A stretch of DNA of 64,000 bases, taken from contig NC_085841.1 of the NCBI RefSeq assembly GCF_035594765.1, positions 332,577,402 through 332,641,401 on the forward strand, given 5' to 3'. This stretch comes from Anolis carolinensis (taxonomy: Eukaryota). Both the position numbers and the translations under genes were made by a program. The notes beneath the pieces are model-generated. The model searched no databases, was not told the DNA's origin, and saw nothing but the letters and a program-made list of their open reading frames with translations. Positions 11,420 to 24,825 of the stretch are shown in pieces; positions within the stretch are counted from its first letter, which is position 1; each line of letters begins with the position of its first letter.

Positions 11420-13301
11420 TTATATTATGGGGTATGGAGATTTTCACTGATTAAATATATGATTGTACATGTAGAATCTAATGTTTTAGCTGCCCATATA
11501 TCCAGAGTCAGAGAACAGTAGTTGGAATAAATGTACAATGAACATAAATAAATTCAAATAAAATATGCCAACACCTCTGCAACCAGTGTGACTCCGGGAA
11601 ACTAAACTGTCCAAATATTAGTGCACAAAAGTTAATATTGTTCTTCCTTCCTCCACTTTTTGAGCTTATTTGCTTTTCTTAAGCTAGAGGCAGATACTTG
11701 CTCTTGGCTTTGTCAACCACTTCCATTTTCATTAAGATTAGTATATTAGTGGATCATGATAAAATGCAAAATGTCTCTCAGATGCTGCTTGACAACACTC
11801 ACAATGATGTTGTGAGTGGCAATGATGATGGCAATGATGATGATTTTGTGCAGTGAAGTGAACAGCTTGGCTTCAAAAAGAGCCTATGTACTGCAAATAA
11901 CATATTTGTAGGTTTGGCTTGGAGAAGGCCAGTGATGATTGTAGCCCTTGTTCATTTTAGTTAGTCCAGTCTCTTGAGTCTTTAAACTTTAAGAGGACAA
12001 TGGCATGAAACCCATCCCCTGGAGAAGTGCTCCATAATTGTCGCATCTGTTCCAGTTGCAAATGCTGCCAAATCAACTCCCCAGGGATAATGTGGAGATA
12101 ATAGATCCCAAATGGAAAGTCACTGATCCAAATAACCTTGACTGTTGAAAGGGACTTAAAACATAATGGGCAGGGACTCATACCCTGGATTTAATGAAGT
12201 CTAAATGGTTCAGGCCCTGGATAAGGAGGTCTCTGTGTTTCTGTTGTGACTGTTTTAGAAGCCCACTTTATAAAATTATTTATTGGCAAAATTCACAATA
12301 AATACTGGATGACCTTTCTTTAAAAAAACACTCTAAGCTTCTTCTAATGTTGTTTTTCCAAATCTAAAAATTCATTGTAGGCAAGGAGCCAGAGAAAGGC
12401 TATTGATAGAGCTGGACAGTCTAAAGTCGGGGATGACATCATCTGATGATTAGCTATGTATGAATCACCCAAAAGAGATGAAATATTACAGGCATAATAT
12501 AAATAGTTATTGATATCTCCCAAGGTACACTATTTTTAAGTAGTATAAATGTGTGTATTCTCATACAAGTCACTGAGAAACTAACTCCTGTACAGGCAAA
12601 TGAAAATGATTCGTAGGGTTCTTTGATGTATTTTAAGTCCAAGCTCCAGAGTTTGTATATTATTGAAGTGTGTATTTACATACTATTATGTCAGGTGTAT
12701 ATATGCAGGAAATTTAAAATAGTCTAAGTGGCCTATCATGTATAAACAACACTAGGGAGACAAATGAAATTACACTACAAAAAAGAAGTAGAGATTGCAG
12801 AGATGATATGATAGTAGAAAAAGTGTATTACAGGGAAATGCTACTGTGCCACAACATTTCTGTTACAATAACTGCTGGATCAAGAACCAACTTCACCAAA
12901 ATCAGTAATGGTAATATAAATAAAATTTGAGAAGATTGTTTCCTGCCCCATAGAATGCAAATGACCTACAGCAAGCACTCAGCTTTTAATTAAAATGAGG
13001 TCCTTTGAAAATGGTTTGATCTAATCATGTAGATCACCTTAAGATCTTAATCTGGCTAAATAATAAAAACAGAGTAAAAGGCTTTTCTGGCTATGTTATT
13101 ATATTGCTTGTGTGTACATGTTAATAGGTTGGCATTTAACCTCCCTCTTCTCTACCAGCATTACTGAACACATTCATATGTCAGCATTCCACCTCCCCTT
13201 CTCTATAGGCTTCACTGGACCTTAATGTATTGCTCTAATGGCATCACTGTGGTGGTATCATATGTCAGTAATTGGAGTTGTTGTTGTTGATGGTGGTGGT
13301 G

Positions 13302-13692
13302 GTATTTATTTATGTGTCATATTCTCCCAGTTCAAAGCTACTTTCACAGAAGAAAAAGATAGTTAAAAGTCGCAAAATACAAAAGTTAAAAAGTGATTAA
13401 ACTGCCAAAATGTTATTTTACAAAACCATCAAACTGAACCGTAAAACAAATCCATCACATTATACAAGGCCCATCCCACCTAAACAATCAGTTCAAGTGG
13501 AGAGGTCTTCAGCTGTTTACAGAAAGAGAGAAGGGAGAGTTCCAGTCTAATCTCTGACAATTCAAATAATCTGAACCTGAGCCATATAGAACTTTATAGG
13601 TCAAAACTGGCATTTTGAACTGAGCTTGGAAACAGACTGATAGCCAACAGAAAGGTTGCAACAAGGAAGTTGTGTGCTTCCTGTAATCACCC
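13302..13692 (-). mobile_element. L2 LINE fragment (ORF2 piece + 3' end)
   Basis: ORF 13509-13694 DYRKHTTSLLQPFCWLSVCFQAQFKMPVLTYKVLYGSGSDYL aligns with the L2 peptide at 63519-63755; a possible further L2 piece (EASDLAIVTHA) lies at ~13945-13985. Confidence 0.75.
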
Positions 13693-14851
13693 ATGGAACT
13701 GGCTGGCTCCCATCACGTGATACCCTGCTGACTCCGTGGGTGAAGGAGAATGGAGCCAGCACATTCCACCGGCAGGACAACATAGCAGAGCTCCTGTGTT
13801 GCCATACAATCTATGGGGAGAAGCCACACACACCACTCACACTCATGCTTCCCCTCATGTGATCGCTCTCACTTGGATCTGGGTGACGCGGGGTGTGGGA
13901 TGTTGGATTCCCCATGCCCCTATACGAACCGTCTGATGAGGTCGAATGGCATGTGTCACAATGGCCAGATCCGATGCCTCAAAGAATTTGGACAGCTGGT
14001 GCTTTCAGGCTCAGGGCTATATCTCGGAGGATACCCAAGCTGTGAATTTATGTTTTCAGGGGGACTATAATCTAATCCTCCTGAAAACATAAAACAGGCT
14101 GAATGTCTATTGTCTGATCTGCCTTTCGACTCATCAGGAAAACATGTGTTTTGTCTGAATTAAGTTTCAATTTGTTCACCTTGATTCATACATGATCTTG
14201 TAGCATGCTCACAGTATAAGAAGATACTGATTTTTATGGGGCCTCTGAGCACTTTGTTGCTGGAATCGATTGAATGCTTAATCCGCCACCCCCCCCCCCT
14301 TTCAGGACTGGCATTATCTTCTTCGACAGGGATCTGAGTCACCCTTTTTCAGATACAGTGGCTCCAAGGCAAATGTGTCAGGCCATGACATAAAGGGCAG
14401 AGGAGGGTCAGGGATGCTCCCTTTATTTTGTCACTGCATTTTATCCAAGCACTGTGAGGAAGATGTTACCAGGAATGTATTAAAGGGCAGCACTTATAGG
14501 AGTCACTGGCCTATCTGTATGCGGCATTTACTCTCCCGGGAATGATTTATTCCTTCAGAAAGGAAGACCTTAGTCATATCCTGGTAATGACAACTAAATC
14601 ACCAGTTGGAGAAAGATAATGATGCTACCCAGCTCAGCATTGTCTTTCCAACATCTAGCAACCAGTGTTCTATATTTGACAAAAGATGACAGCCTTTTCC
14701 CCTTTTCAAAAAGAAAAAAGCGCCAGCAGAAAAATAGTCCTGTGCCAGGCTCTGATAGTATACCTTCAAGGTTCCTTGAGGAAAAGCCTAGCATCATACT
14801 AGTGTATAAATGCACACTTGCTCCTTTGTCATTGGGGAAGATGTATACCTT

Positions 14852-15189
14852 GGACCCCATCAGATGGGCAGGGGGAAAGTGTGGGACAGCGGGGGGAATC
14901 ATCTTACTCTGTTCCCTCCCATGCAGGTCCATCTGCTGCATTACATGTCCTTCCCCCCTTCAGGTCCATCGTTTCCCTGCATTTCTCCACTTTGTGCCAT
15001 TAGGAGTCGAGTAACACTTGACTCCTCCAAAGGCACTCTGGGATCCTTTTCTCCACACTGCCAAAATGGAGCCCAATGGAGTCCCACTGGAAGTTGCCCT
15101 ACATCATGTGATGGGTTCCGCGGGACTCTGTTTCAGCAGCATGGAGAAATAGGGAGAAGACATAGAGAAGACTGCATCTGATAAAGTCC
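14852..15189. mobile_element. PIF/Harbinger-like MITE
   Basis: TIRs ggaccccatcagatg / catctgataaagtcc with CTT on both sides (3-bp TSD); right arm matches 39391-39475 in reverse. Confidence 0.65.
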
Positions 15190-15425
15190 CTTGTCATGCC
15201 CTGGTCAGTTTGGATGTGTTTTTCAGCATTCAAGAAGGATTGAGTTCTTGCTCTCCAGTTCCCTTTAGCTGACATTTTCCACATGCTTTTCAGACAGTTC
15301 TATGTTTTGTTTTGTTTTTTGCCACATTATGACTGCTTTTATAAGGATCTATTAGTGTGATTAGCAGCTGGTAGGTTTGTCTTGAGAAGCTGTAGCCATT
15401 TATTCCAACGGCTTTCTTCCATTCC

Positions 15426-17110
15426 TTTTTAAATTAATTTTTTTATTTTGACAGATTAAGACAAAATCTACATACAGACATACACAGAAACCCCAACAAA
15501 AAACAAAACAACATCATCAACAACAAAAGATTAAAAATACGTTTTCTAGAATAATACTACTACAACCTAAACATAAAAAATCCAATAACTTCAAACTACA
15601 AACAGTCTATGTTATCTAATATAAGGGCTTTACATTATCTGTCTGGTGGTTATATTCTATCAGTTTTCTACACCAATTTAGTGAAAAGGAACCATTGGTA
15701 CAGCCTTTTTCACACACTTTTAGTTCAAAAAATAGTGATAGAGATTTGGCCCCATCTTTGCTGGAGTAATACAATAAATGAGAGTTTTTTTAATATAGTA
15801 AGTTTATCCATTTCAGTGACTTTGCTTATCTTCATAAGTCAATCATCTTGTGACAAAATCAATAAGTCTTTCCATCTTTGAGGGTAGGTAATTCTTGCTG
15901 TTATTATCATGTATAGCAATAACCTTCCATATTTTCTATCTAGTGCTCACCTTTTCCCCAAATTTCCCACAATCACTAGAACTATTTTTATACATCCTAG
16001 CAAACCTTTCTGGTGTCAGGTACCATCTATACGTCATTTTCTTAAAATATTCTTTCAAGTCATTACTCAGTGTAAATGTCAAACTCTTTGTACAAAAACC
16101 CTTTCCCATTGTTCCATTTGTATTTGTTTACCAAATTTTGTGCCCACTTGACCATACAGTCTTTCACTTGAACCTCCCATTTTATATTTCTAGAACAATT
16201 TACACAACTTAGCAATTACATGGCCATCTCCAGAGTCCAAAACAGTTTCCAGTTTAGGTTTATCCATAACAAATTCCAAAAAAGATTTTATCTATTTTAA
16301 ATCAACCTACTAATTGCCTGTTCGGAAGCCATTGTATTGGGAAGTTTTCGGACAGTAGTTCCTCTTTCGTCTTTACTCAATACTGAACACTATCCAACAC
16401 CAACAAGTATTTATAAGTCAACCATTTCTTTTTCAAGACAATTCCCTTCTAAACAGAGTTTCATGTGGAGAGCATAACAATGACTTTCTGCTGCAATATC
16501 TTTTCTTATACTTATTCTACACATTTAATAATGATCTCCTTATGTAGCAGTTATTAAAATTAGAGTCTTCCTTTATCATACTTATCAAACTTTAGACCTT
16601 CTCCTTCAAGTTGTAGTGAATGTTCATTTCTCAAGAATCAAGTCAAGCAGCATGCATTATAGTAGGTTTTGAGACTAGGAAGACCTAGTCCTCTTTTCTT
16701 ATCATCTTGTAGTACTTTAGATCTGGCCTCTTTTCCTTGCCAAATAACTGTTGATAGGTCTTTTTGCCATTGGTTAAATGGAATGCCATTCAGTATAATT
16801 TGCAAGGCTTGAAATAGAAACAGCAGCCTTGATAGTACATTCATCTTTATAGCTGAAATTCTACCCATAAGAGATAGCTGTAAACCTTGCCACCTATGTA
16901 AATCTTTTTAAACTTCTTCCATGATAAATCATAAATCATAACTATCCTTAAATAACTTTGTGTTTTTAGTAGAAATGTTTGTACCTAAATTCTTAACATT
17001 TTATACAATTCGAAAACCAAATTTCTCAGATAAGATTTCCGTTCTATTTTTGGTCAGACTCTTGGTCAACATTGTAATTTTAAATCCTGATAATCTTCCA
17101 TATTCTGTCA
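15426..17110 (-). mobile_element. L1 LINE, 5'-truncated, degenerate ORF2 3' half + 3'UTR
   Basis: Minus-strand peptides GRLSGFKI, LSLMGRISAIKMNVLSRLLFLFQ...IWQGK...GLGLPSLKTYY and RWYLTPERFARMYKN; T-rich end at ~15426 corresponds to the poly(A) side. Confidence 0.85.
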
Positions 17111-20100
17111 GGATAGGATTCAGACCTTTACTTGTGTTCAAAGGGTTCTCGTTGCAATGACAGCAACACTAGCAGCAGCAACAACAAGACAACAGTGGCG
17201 AGAGGGGCTAGTTCTTGGATGCATTGGGGTGTTTCCGAAGCAGTCAATCCTTCTTTCTTTTTTCTTTACGCACTGTAACTATAAGGTGCGTAAAGAGGGA
17301 AAAAGTATTTATTTTATTTCCCATCTTATTTCCCAGTCATTGGACTCAAGGCAGCTTACAACTGACCAATTGTATTTTCCATCTTCACTCCTGCACACAA
17401 TTTTTCCCAGGTCATCAACCCCCTCTTAGCTTTGCCTCTGTGAGTGATCATCATCCATATAGGTCAAACTAAAAACTGAGGTGCATCAAAACTCACTTCA
17501 TAAACATATACAGAGTATAATTATTCAGTATTTGTCTTGACATGGATGGGACCAGCTTGCCAAAAGCCACTGTGAAAATGAATGCATGGGAGAAATGAAG
17601 CAGACACGAGTAGAGTTACCTATTAGACTTACCTAATATTGGCTTAGGACCACTATTCCTATCTTTTGCCTTATAGATATCTGAGACCACATTTCCCATT
17701 GATCTCCGCCTACAACTGCTAGTGGTCTGGAACACTAGGAGGTGAAATCCAAAACATTTAGAAGGCACTAGGTTGTGAAGGCTGACACCCACAACCGTTA
17801 ACTGAGCAACCTAACTTTTGCTCTGCTAATGACCATTGGTTTAGTGTTAAAGAAAGTGTCTCTTGGTTTTCATATTTCTTTAGTTTCAATATATACATCC
17901 ATCGGGTCCTCAAGGGCCAGTGTGCTGGGATTCTTTGAAAAATGATAGGGTTTGTGTTTCTCTTGGGCTTAAGAAGCAAGTTCAGCAGGGAATTATTTAA
18001 ACACTGGGACCTATGGAAAGAGTTTTGAGCTATATAAATACCTTCAAGCCATGTATGGTTGAGATACTAGCAAAGCCGCATGCATAATGAGGCTGATAAT
18101 CAGCAAGCATTTCAGAGCTGCTGAGAGAAAAAGAAAAGATAGAAATCAGTCAAATGAAAAATACTGTCAAATTGCCATTCAAAAAAGGCGAAGTGAGGAT
18201 TTGCTCTCCAGAGTGTTAAGGCCCCGGGTGTGCATGAGTGCCAAAGAATGCTGTCCAGGAAACAAAGAGATAAGAACATAGGGGTGAAAGATCACTTTAT
18301 GTGGTAAAAGTGAACAGGGAACTCTCTTTAAGGAGCAGTCTTATCTTGTCCCCTTGTGAGATGGCTTTGCTAGAGTTAAAAAGCTAAAAGGCTAAACTGT
18401 GGAAGCATCATCTTGTTCTGCAATAATTTGCATTTGCTCATTTATTAGTCAGCATCTCTTACAGCTCCACTGAATATTTATGCTTAAAGATAGCATTTGC
18501 TTGGCATTCTATTGTATTCCAATGATTTCTAGTGCTTTAAAAATATTTATTTTTGTTTGTGCAGTACTAATAACATGAAGCATCAAGCCATCCATAATGT
18601 GCTTAATTACAATAATACATGTTTGAAAGGAGTCAGTCAGGTTTCCTAAGTCTGCCAAAATATTTTTCCACAACAGTCCATGCTTGGGTGGAGGTTCTGT
18701 GTTAGTCACCAGTCGGAAAGTAGGCATCTGTCTCTGTGTATATAGTGTAATTCTGTCTAAATGCTGATAAGCAATAAAGTTCATACATAAATAAAGTATA
18801 TGTCCCAGTGGCCAGATTTGATCTCATCTGGCTGGACACAATTGGCCCAATAACCTAAGTTGTGTAAAGGCAGTCCTCACTACAGCCATGGAAACTGTTA
18901 CATCTGGAGAGCTATAAAATCCCTTATATCTTATTATAAGATGTCTTGGAGTACAGCCTGTATTAAAAGTTTGGCATTACAGATACCATCTCTCTATTAT
19001 ATATACAGCTGGAAAAGTTACAGCACTGCACATTCAAACTGAATGAATAAAATATCAAGCCAGTACATGGGAGATGAATTTGTGTAACTGAATTGTTAGA
19101 TCTGCCTATTTATAATGTTAGCATGGGCTATTGATTTTCCTTAATTTTGTATGGAGAGATGCTCACTAATTACATAGTACCTTTACTTAACTGTGTTCAC
19201 TTGAATTAGGTTTAAATTACAAATATCTGATTTTAGTGCTAGTTTTCATTTGCACCTTTTGTTTGTTTTGGTTGCTTTATCAGAGAATCATGACTAAAAT
19301 TGTGGAAATCTAAACTTCAGAGTTGTTTTCAATTGTAATAAGTTGCTTTTCAGTACTCACAGGTTTGACACAAGGGTCAGCTGTGAAAAGCATTCCTCTC
19401 AGACTGTGCCATCTCAAATGTACTTTCTGCATTTTTATGTATTTTGCCTCTTTTAATTTTGTTCGCTCTCTTTTGTTCACATCGACCTCTGTTTGTATTT
19501 TGGATGTATACAGATTGGTATCCTAAAATCAGTATTAAATCAAAACTTGAAATTCAAATTGATCTTATCAAAATCATTTTACCACATCATTGTTTACATT
19601 TGCTGCAGAATAGATCGATAGGACTTTATCACACAAAGCTGGCAAAACTGCATAGAAGCAGGACCATGCCCTTTGGTGATGGCATTGCTGGTCCTCCAAC
19701 TCCCACGACAAAAACATCCTCTGCTATGAAATGGAAAAACCCATCAATAGCCCCAGACCAAGCCAATGGAAGCCATCGACCTAGCATTTACCTCATGTGA
19801 TATGGCTGATGTGGTTCTATTCTGGCATCAAAGTTGTGTCTGGGGGTGGGACTGTTGTCCTCTCCCAATCTCCACCCACAGCAATTAAAGACTGAAAGTT
19901 TAGAAAATATTTCTGGGGTTTATTACTTAATTTTGCTGGAATTGCCATTTTTTTAAAAAACTTAGGAAGCAATAGAACTTCAGGAAGACAAAGTCATGTT
20001 CCTAATGGGAAATATGGCTGCAGGATCACAGATCAGCCAATTGTTGCTGTTGTACAGCCACAGAGAGGTAAGATACTACAGGTGCTGGTCCTGTTAAGTT

Positions 20101-21217
20101 GCCAGTATCTGTGATTGTGAAAATGCTATGGTATGATAGCTTCATTTGATAACATCCACAGTGAAACACTGATAACAACAATAAGTTTTAGTGGGACTGT
20201 ACTACAGACACCAGGGTCTAGGATATGCTATACATCATTACATATTTACTACTTCAAGGTATACCTTCAAAGATACATGTGTGCATCAAGTGGTTGGTTT
20301 ATTTTACCATATGAAAGCAAGCATTCAGGCTGTTTGATCTGGAAAAACAAAAGAGTGACTTTAGTTTCCATCTTGAACCTCCATGCTGTGTGTTAATGAG
20401 AACTAATTGTGTTTACACTAGCTAGCCTGGAAGACTAGTGGCTGGCTATGGCTAGCATTAAACAGAGCTTCCAGACAAAGATTGGTGCTAGCAATGGATA
20501 AAATCCACTTTGGAATCGAATGCCAGTCTCACAGAAAGCCAAAAGGGGCTTTCTCCCTATTCATGATATTTTTGTTTTAATCTATGTTTTAATGGGAGTG
20601 GATGAGCAATAAAACAAAATAAGTTGTTGGGCACCAAAGACCAGACTTGTGTGGGTTGTCAACAAACAAGGGGTTTCAGTTTCCATCTTCTCTTTCATCC
20701 TAGAAAATACTTACTTACCGAGGAATGAAGGGAGCCTGTAGCTTACCTCATTGTCTCACATGGGCAGCACACATTGGCAGAGAAGAAGTAGTGTGTTTTC
20801 TGGTCTTTCAGTGTTACCAGTGACATGTTGTGAGCATAAAGAAAGACTTGTTGAAATTAAACTGTTTTGATTTAACCATAGCCCTACTTGATTTTTCACA
20901 ATATTCCTAGTTGCAATAGAAACTTCTTCACTTCTACATATTATCTGTGTTCCCCAATTGCACTATGTTACAGATTTCCCAAGCTATTGTGGGTAACTTG
21001 TAATTCTTTGTCCCAAACTTTGAAAAAAATTCCTTTGACTAAAACTGAGGATTTTGAAATTTGTAGTGTAAATTTAACTTTTTCAAATTTTGGTTTGCCT
21101 TTCTGCTTACCTATGGCAATTGAATCAGAAATTACTGTTTCCATGCAACAGTTTTATGTATCATGGCTTGCACAGTTCATTGCATGGATACTGTTTTTAT
21201 ATGGCAGCTATGGTGGT

Positions 21218-21512
21218 TTATTTATTTATTTGTTTACCACACTTATATCCCGCCCTTCTCACCCTGCAGGGAATTAGAGCGACCATACAAAAGGCACACA
21301 TTCGATGCCACAACATACATACAATAAATTCACAAATACATTAAAACAAGTTAAAAACATCTATGCATTAAAACCAAAAAAGCCAACTAATTAAAATTAC
21401 ATAATCCAAAGTTGTAATCAGTTGTCGTTACAATTTGTCGTTGCACTATTCATATTTCTTTATTTGCACTGCAGGATACTGCCCATAAGCTTGGTCCCAA
21501 AGCCACATGTTT
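21218..21512 (-). mobile_element. L2 LINE 3' end
   Basis: (TTTA)n then ttatatcccgcccttctcaccc...gagcgacc, UTR and ORF-end-like ccataagcttggtcccaaagccac. Confidence 0.75.
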
Positions 21513-24510
21513 TTTGCAAGCCCTGATGAGGGGAATCCTGTTTAGGATTTATTGTGTGCAAATTTGCACATAATATTTTTTGTGTGCTGAAAATGCATTT
21601 TCTGTGCCAAAGAAAGCACTAGCAGCATAGAAATCAATATATCTGAACAGAATGCACAGAAAGATGGCAGTTGAGTACTTATGCAGAAAACTTGGGCACG
21701 TCTTCAGCACATTTCTTGTTTTCTGCACAAAATAATCATATGCAAATTTTGTACAGAATAAGTCTGAAACTTCAGATAATTTTACAACACTGTGTAGGTT
21801 TTGAAAACTTTCTTATAGTCAGGAGAAAATGCTAAAATTACTCCTTGCTTCCTTCAAGAATAAAATCTGTGTAAAAGTATTCCCCTGGTGCACAGCAAGG
21901 TAAGACTGATATTATTATAGCTGTGGTGAGGACTACAAGTCTACCCTCTTTTTCAAGCCTGACTACAGAGGTCAGGTTATTTTAAAAATCTATTTCTCAC
22001 ACTGGTAAATTTTAAGGGGCAAGAAATAAAAGCTAAAGATGGCATGCAGTCAGTTTCCCTTTCATTGTGGCATAAATTCCGCAGTATAGAACTATAGGTT
22101 TGGGTTGGGGGGAATGCTCTGCAATTACATCTCACTACTCTTGAAAGCAAAGGAAAGTGTGTGTGTGCATTTGTGTGGGCAGCTGCCTTGTTTGGTGCTT
22201 AAGTATTCATTGGCAATTGCCTTCATTGTTCCCCACTTTATTAGCTTTCACCAAGTAGTTTAGCTTTTACTAAGGGCAGTTGGGTTTATGGCAGCAATAT
22301 TTCTCACAGTGTCAGAGATAAAATATCAGGCTAATAACGGACTCTCTGGTAATGTAAATTGCAAAAGAAAAGCAATCTCATTTTGAAGAAGTCCTTCCTG
22401 GGAATGTTAAGTCTTCTTTTCAGAAGAGGATGTCTGAAAAAACAACAACACTTTATGTCTGCTAAGAAGATAAATCATTTGTCTTAAGTGACAGGAGGCA
22501 ACGGAGCTCTAATTTCAGCCATTGCCTCTCCCAACAGACAGCAAATGCTGGATCTTTTGTGGTTTCTTTGGACTCATTTTGACAAGTACTTATGACTCTG
22601 CTGAATTCCATTGTGGGTGCTTAATGCTTTTTTAAAAGCCCACTCTAATCATTCTGCTTAATCTGATTGGGGAAGAAGAACCTTGACATTCATTCTGTGT
22701 TTCTTGTTTAAGTCAATTTATTTACTGATGAGAGCTTTTGGTACCAAAATGTTCCACATGAAAGAATTTTAATGTTGGATGGAAGAGACGTGGGAAAATA
22801 TCAGGTGTGGGACCACATCAGTTAAATAGTTCAATTAAACAACTAACACCAGTTTAAATGCAATTTAATACAAATACTAAGATTATGGGAAAAATAGATT
22901 GGCGTGGATTGAGCTGATTGTTGTACCCTGTTGAGAAGCTATGGGAAATGATCACTCCTTCATGTGTGCACTTCTATGCATGATGAAGGAAGCCTCACAA
23001 AGAAAATCAAACCCACATTACCAGGTTTAAAAGGTTTGTGTGAATCTGCATGTACACTCCTGAAGGCTGAATGCAAGTGAGGTTTTAGGCTTTTGATGGC
23101 TGAAAGCAATAATTATCTAAATTATATATTCATATTATTAATTTGTATGTGTTTTGTCCTATGTGATTTCCATGGCAAATCCATTAGATGCTGACAATAG
23201 TACTGTCAGTGCCTGTGCTATTATTGTTTTCAATTAATGTATGAATCTTAATTTAGAGATGGGGAGGACACTGAATTTAAAGAAAAGGTTGTAGGTTTTA
23301 AATATTGCTTGCATTGGGACACAATTAATCTATAAAGCTGTCTTGATTTATTTGAGATTTAGGTACACTTCAGTTTCTCTCCATTGCTCTTTTCATGTTC
23401 AAGAGCATTTTCCAAACAATCCATATAGTGTTAGTGGTTAGACAACAGGAAGTACTGCCTTGATTAAACATTCTCAAAATAACACCTGTATTGAACTTCT
23501 GTCATATTTATTTTAATTGGTGAACTAATTGATTAATTGGTTAAAAAAGCAAGGCATTTAATCACCTATGATTAGAGTAAGCAGACAGCCCTTTGGTTTC
23601 TTGTGGGATGCACACAGGAAATGTGTTGTGAAATAACAAACAAATATTTTGGACTTTGTTCATTGGTTTCTTAGGATTGCATGTTGTGAAATTGATCTGC
23701 TGTAGGAGAAAGCTCCTTGTGGATGTGGGGCAGGCAAAATCCTAAATGGTAAAAAAGTTGGAGTGGTCATTTTTTTTAGTTGTGATACCTCAAGCAATCC
23801 CAATGCCTTGGGTACATTCTGGTAGGGCATGAACAAGGTCTTTTCTGATATCTGAGGTGATTAATGACCTGGGAGACTGCATGTAGCATAAGTAGTAATA
23901 TGATACAGGGCACACATTATAGGTTATCGGTTAAAGGAAGGAGAGGACTAAAAGCTGTTTTATTAATGCCCTGATGTTATAATCGTAGCACTTGGGGGAA
24001 AGTTTATAAATTCATGTGAATTATGATCATGGTGACAAATGCTTGTGTCCTGAGGATTTCTGCTCATAACAATATTTTATCAGACAGTTTGAAGTTACAA
24101 TCTATGTATTTTCCAAATGTGAAGGAAGAATCAAGATGGAGCCTAGAAACATTTTGAATGTATTATGTCATGGTCAGCACTTTCCATTTGACAAGAATCT
24201 AAATCTGAGCCAGTTAAATACAAAGAGGTACCAAGAAAAAATTATACTGGCAGTGGTATAGTGGGAGAAGTATTTATGCTCTGCTGCTCTTAATAGATTC
24301 CTTGCTGTACTGAAATGGAAGGGAGCTGCATGTAATGGAGGGAAAGCCCATGCATGGTATTGCCGCTACTCTGATTTCACTTTTTTATCATCACATTCAG
24401 TATCATATTGGTTATACAGGACTGCATTATCAGAATACTACATGGTCGCTGGATAACTGGATATTTAGGCAATAAGGCATCGTTGGACTTTATCACGCTA
24501 TCCCTTATAG

Positions 24511-24825
24511 CAGAGCTTTCCAAACTTTGTTGTGACACATAAGTGTGTTGGCTTCACTATGTAGGTGTGCTGCATGAATGTAATGAGAAACTTATGGGCC
24601 TAGTTGAAATAAGCATTAATCATGTTTTTAAATATATAAATGAAATGTTTTCATGAGATATGTTGTGTTGTCATATATTTTGTTATTACAATTTATGCAT
24701 GTGTCCATACCTCTTATAAGGGATTGGTTGAACACACAGTTTGCTAGTAAAACTGAATTACTGTGTCACAAAGTGATATATGTATAGAAAGTGTGTCACC
24801 AACATTAAGTGTTTGGAAAGTTCTG
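24511..24825. mobile_element. hAT-type MITE
   Basis: TIRs cagagctttccaaac / gtttggaaagttctg with subterminal gtgacaca / tgtgtcac motifs; TSD degenerate. Confidence 0.7.
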
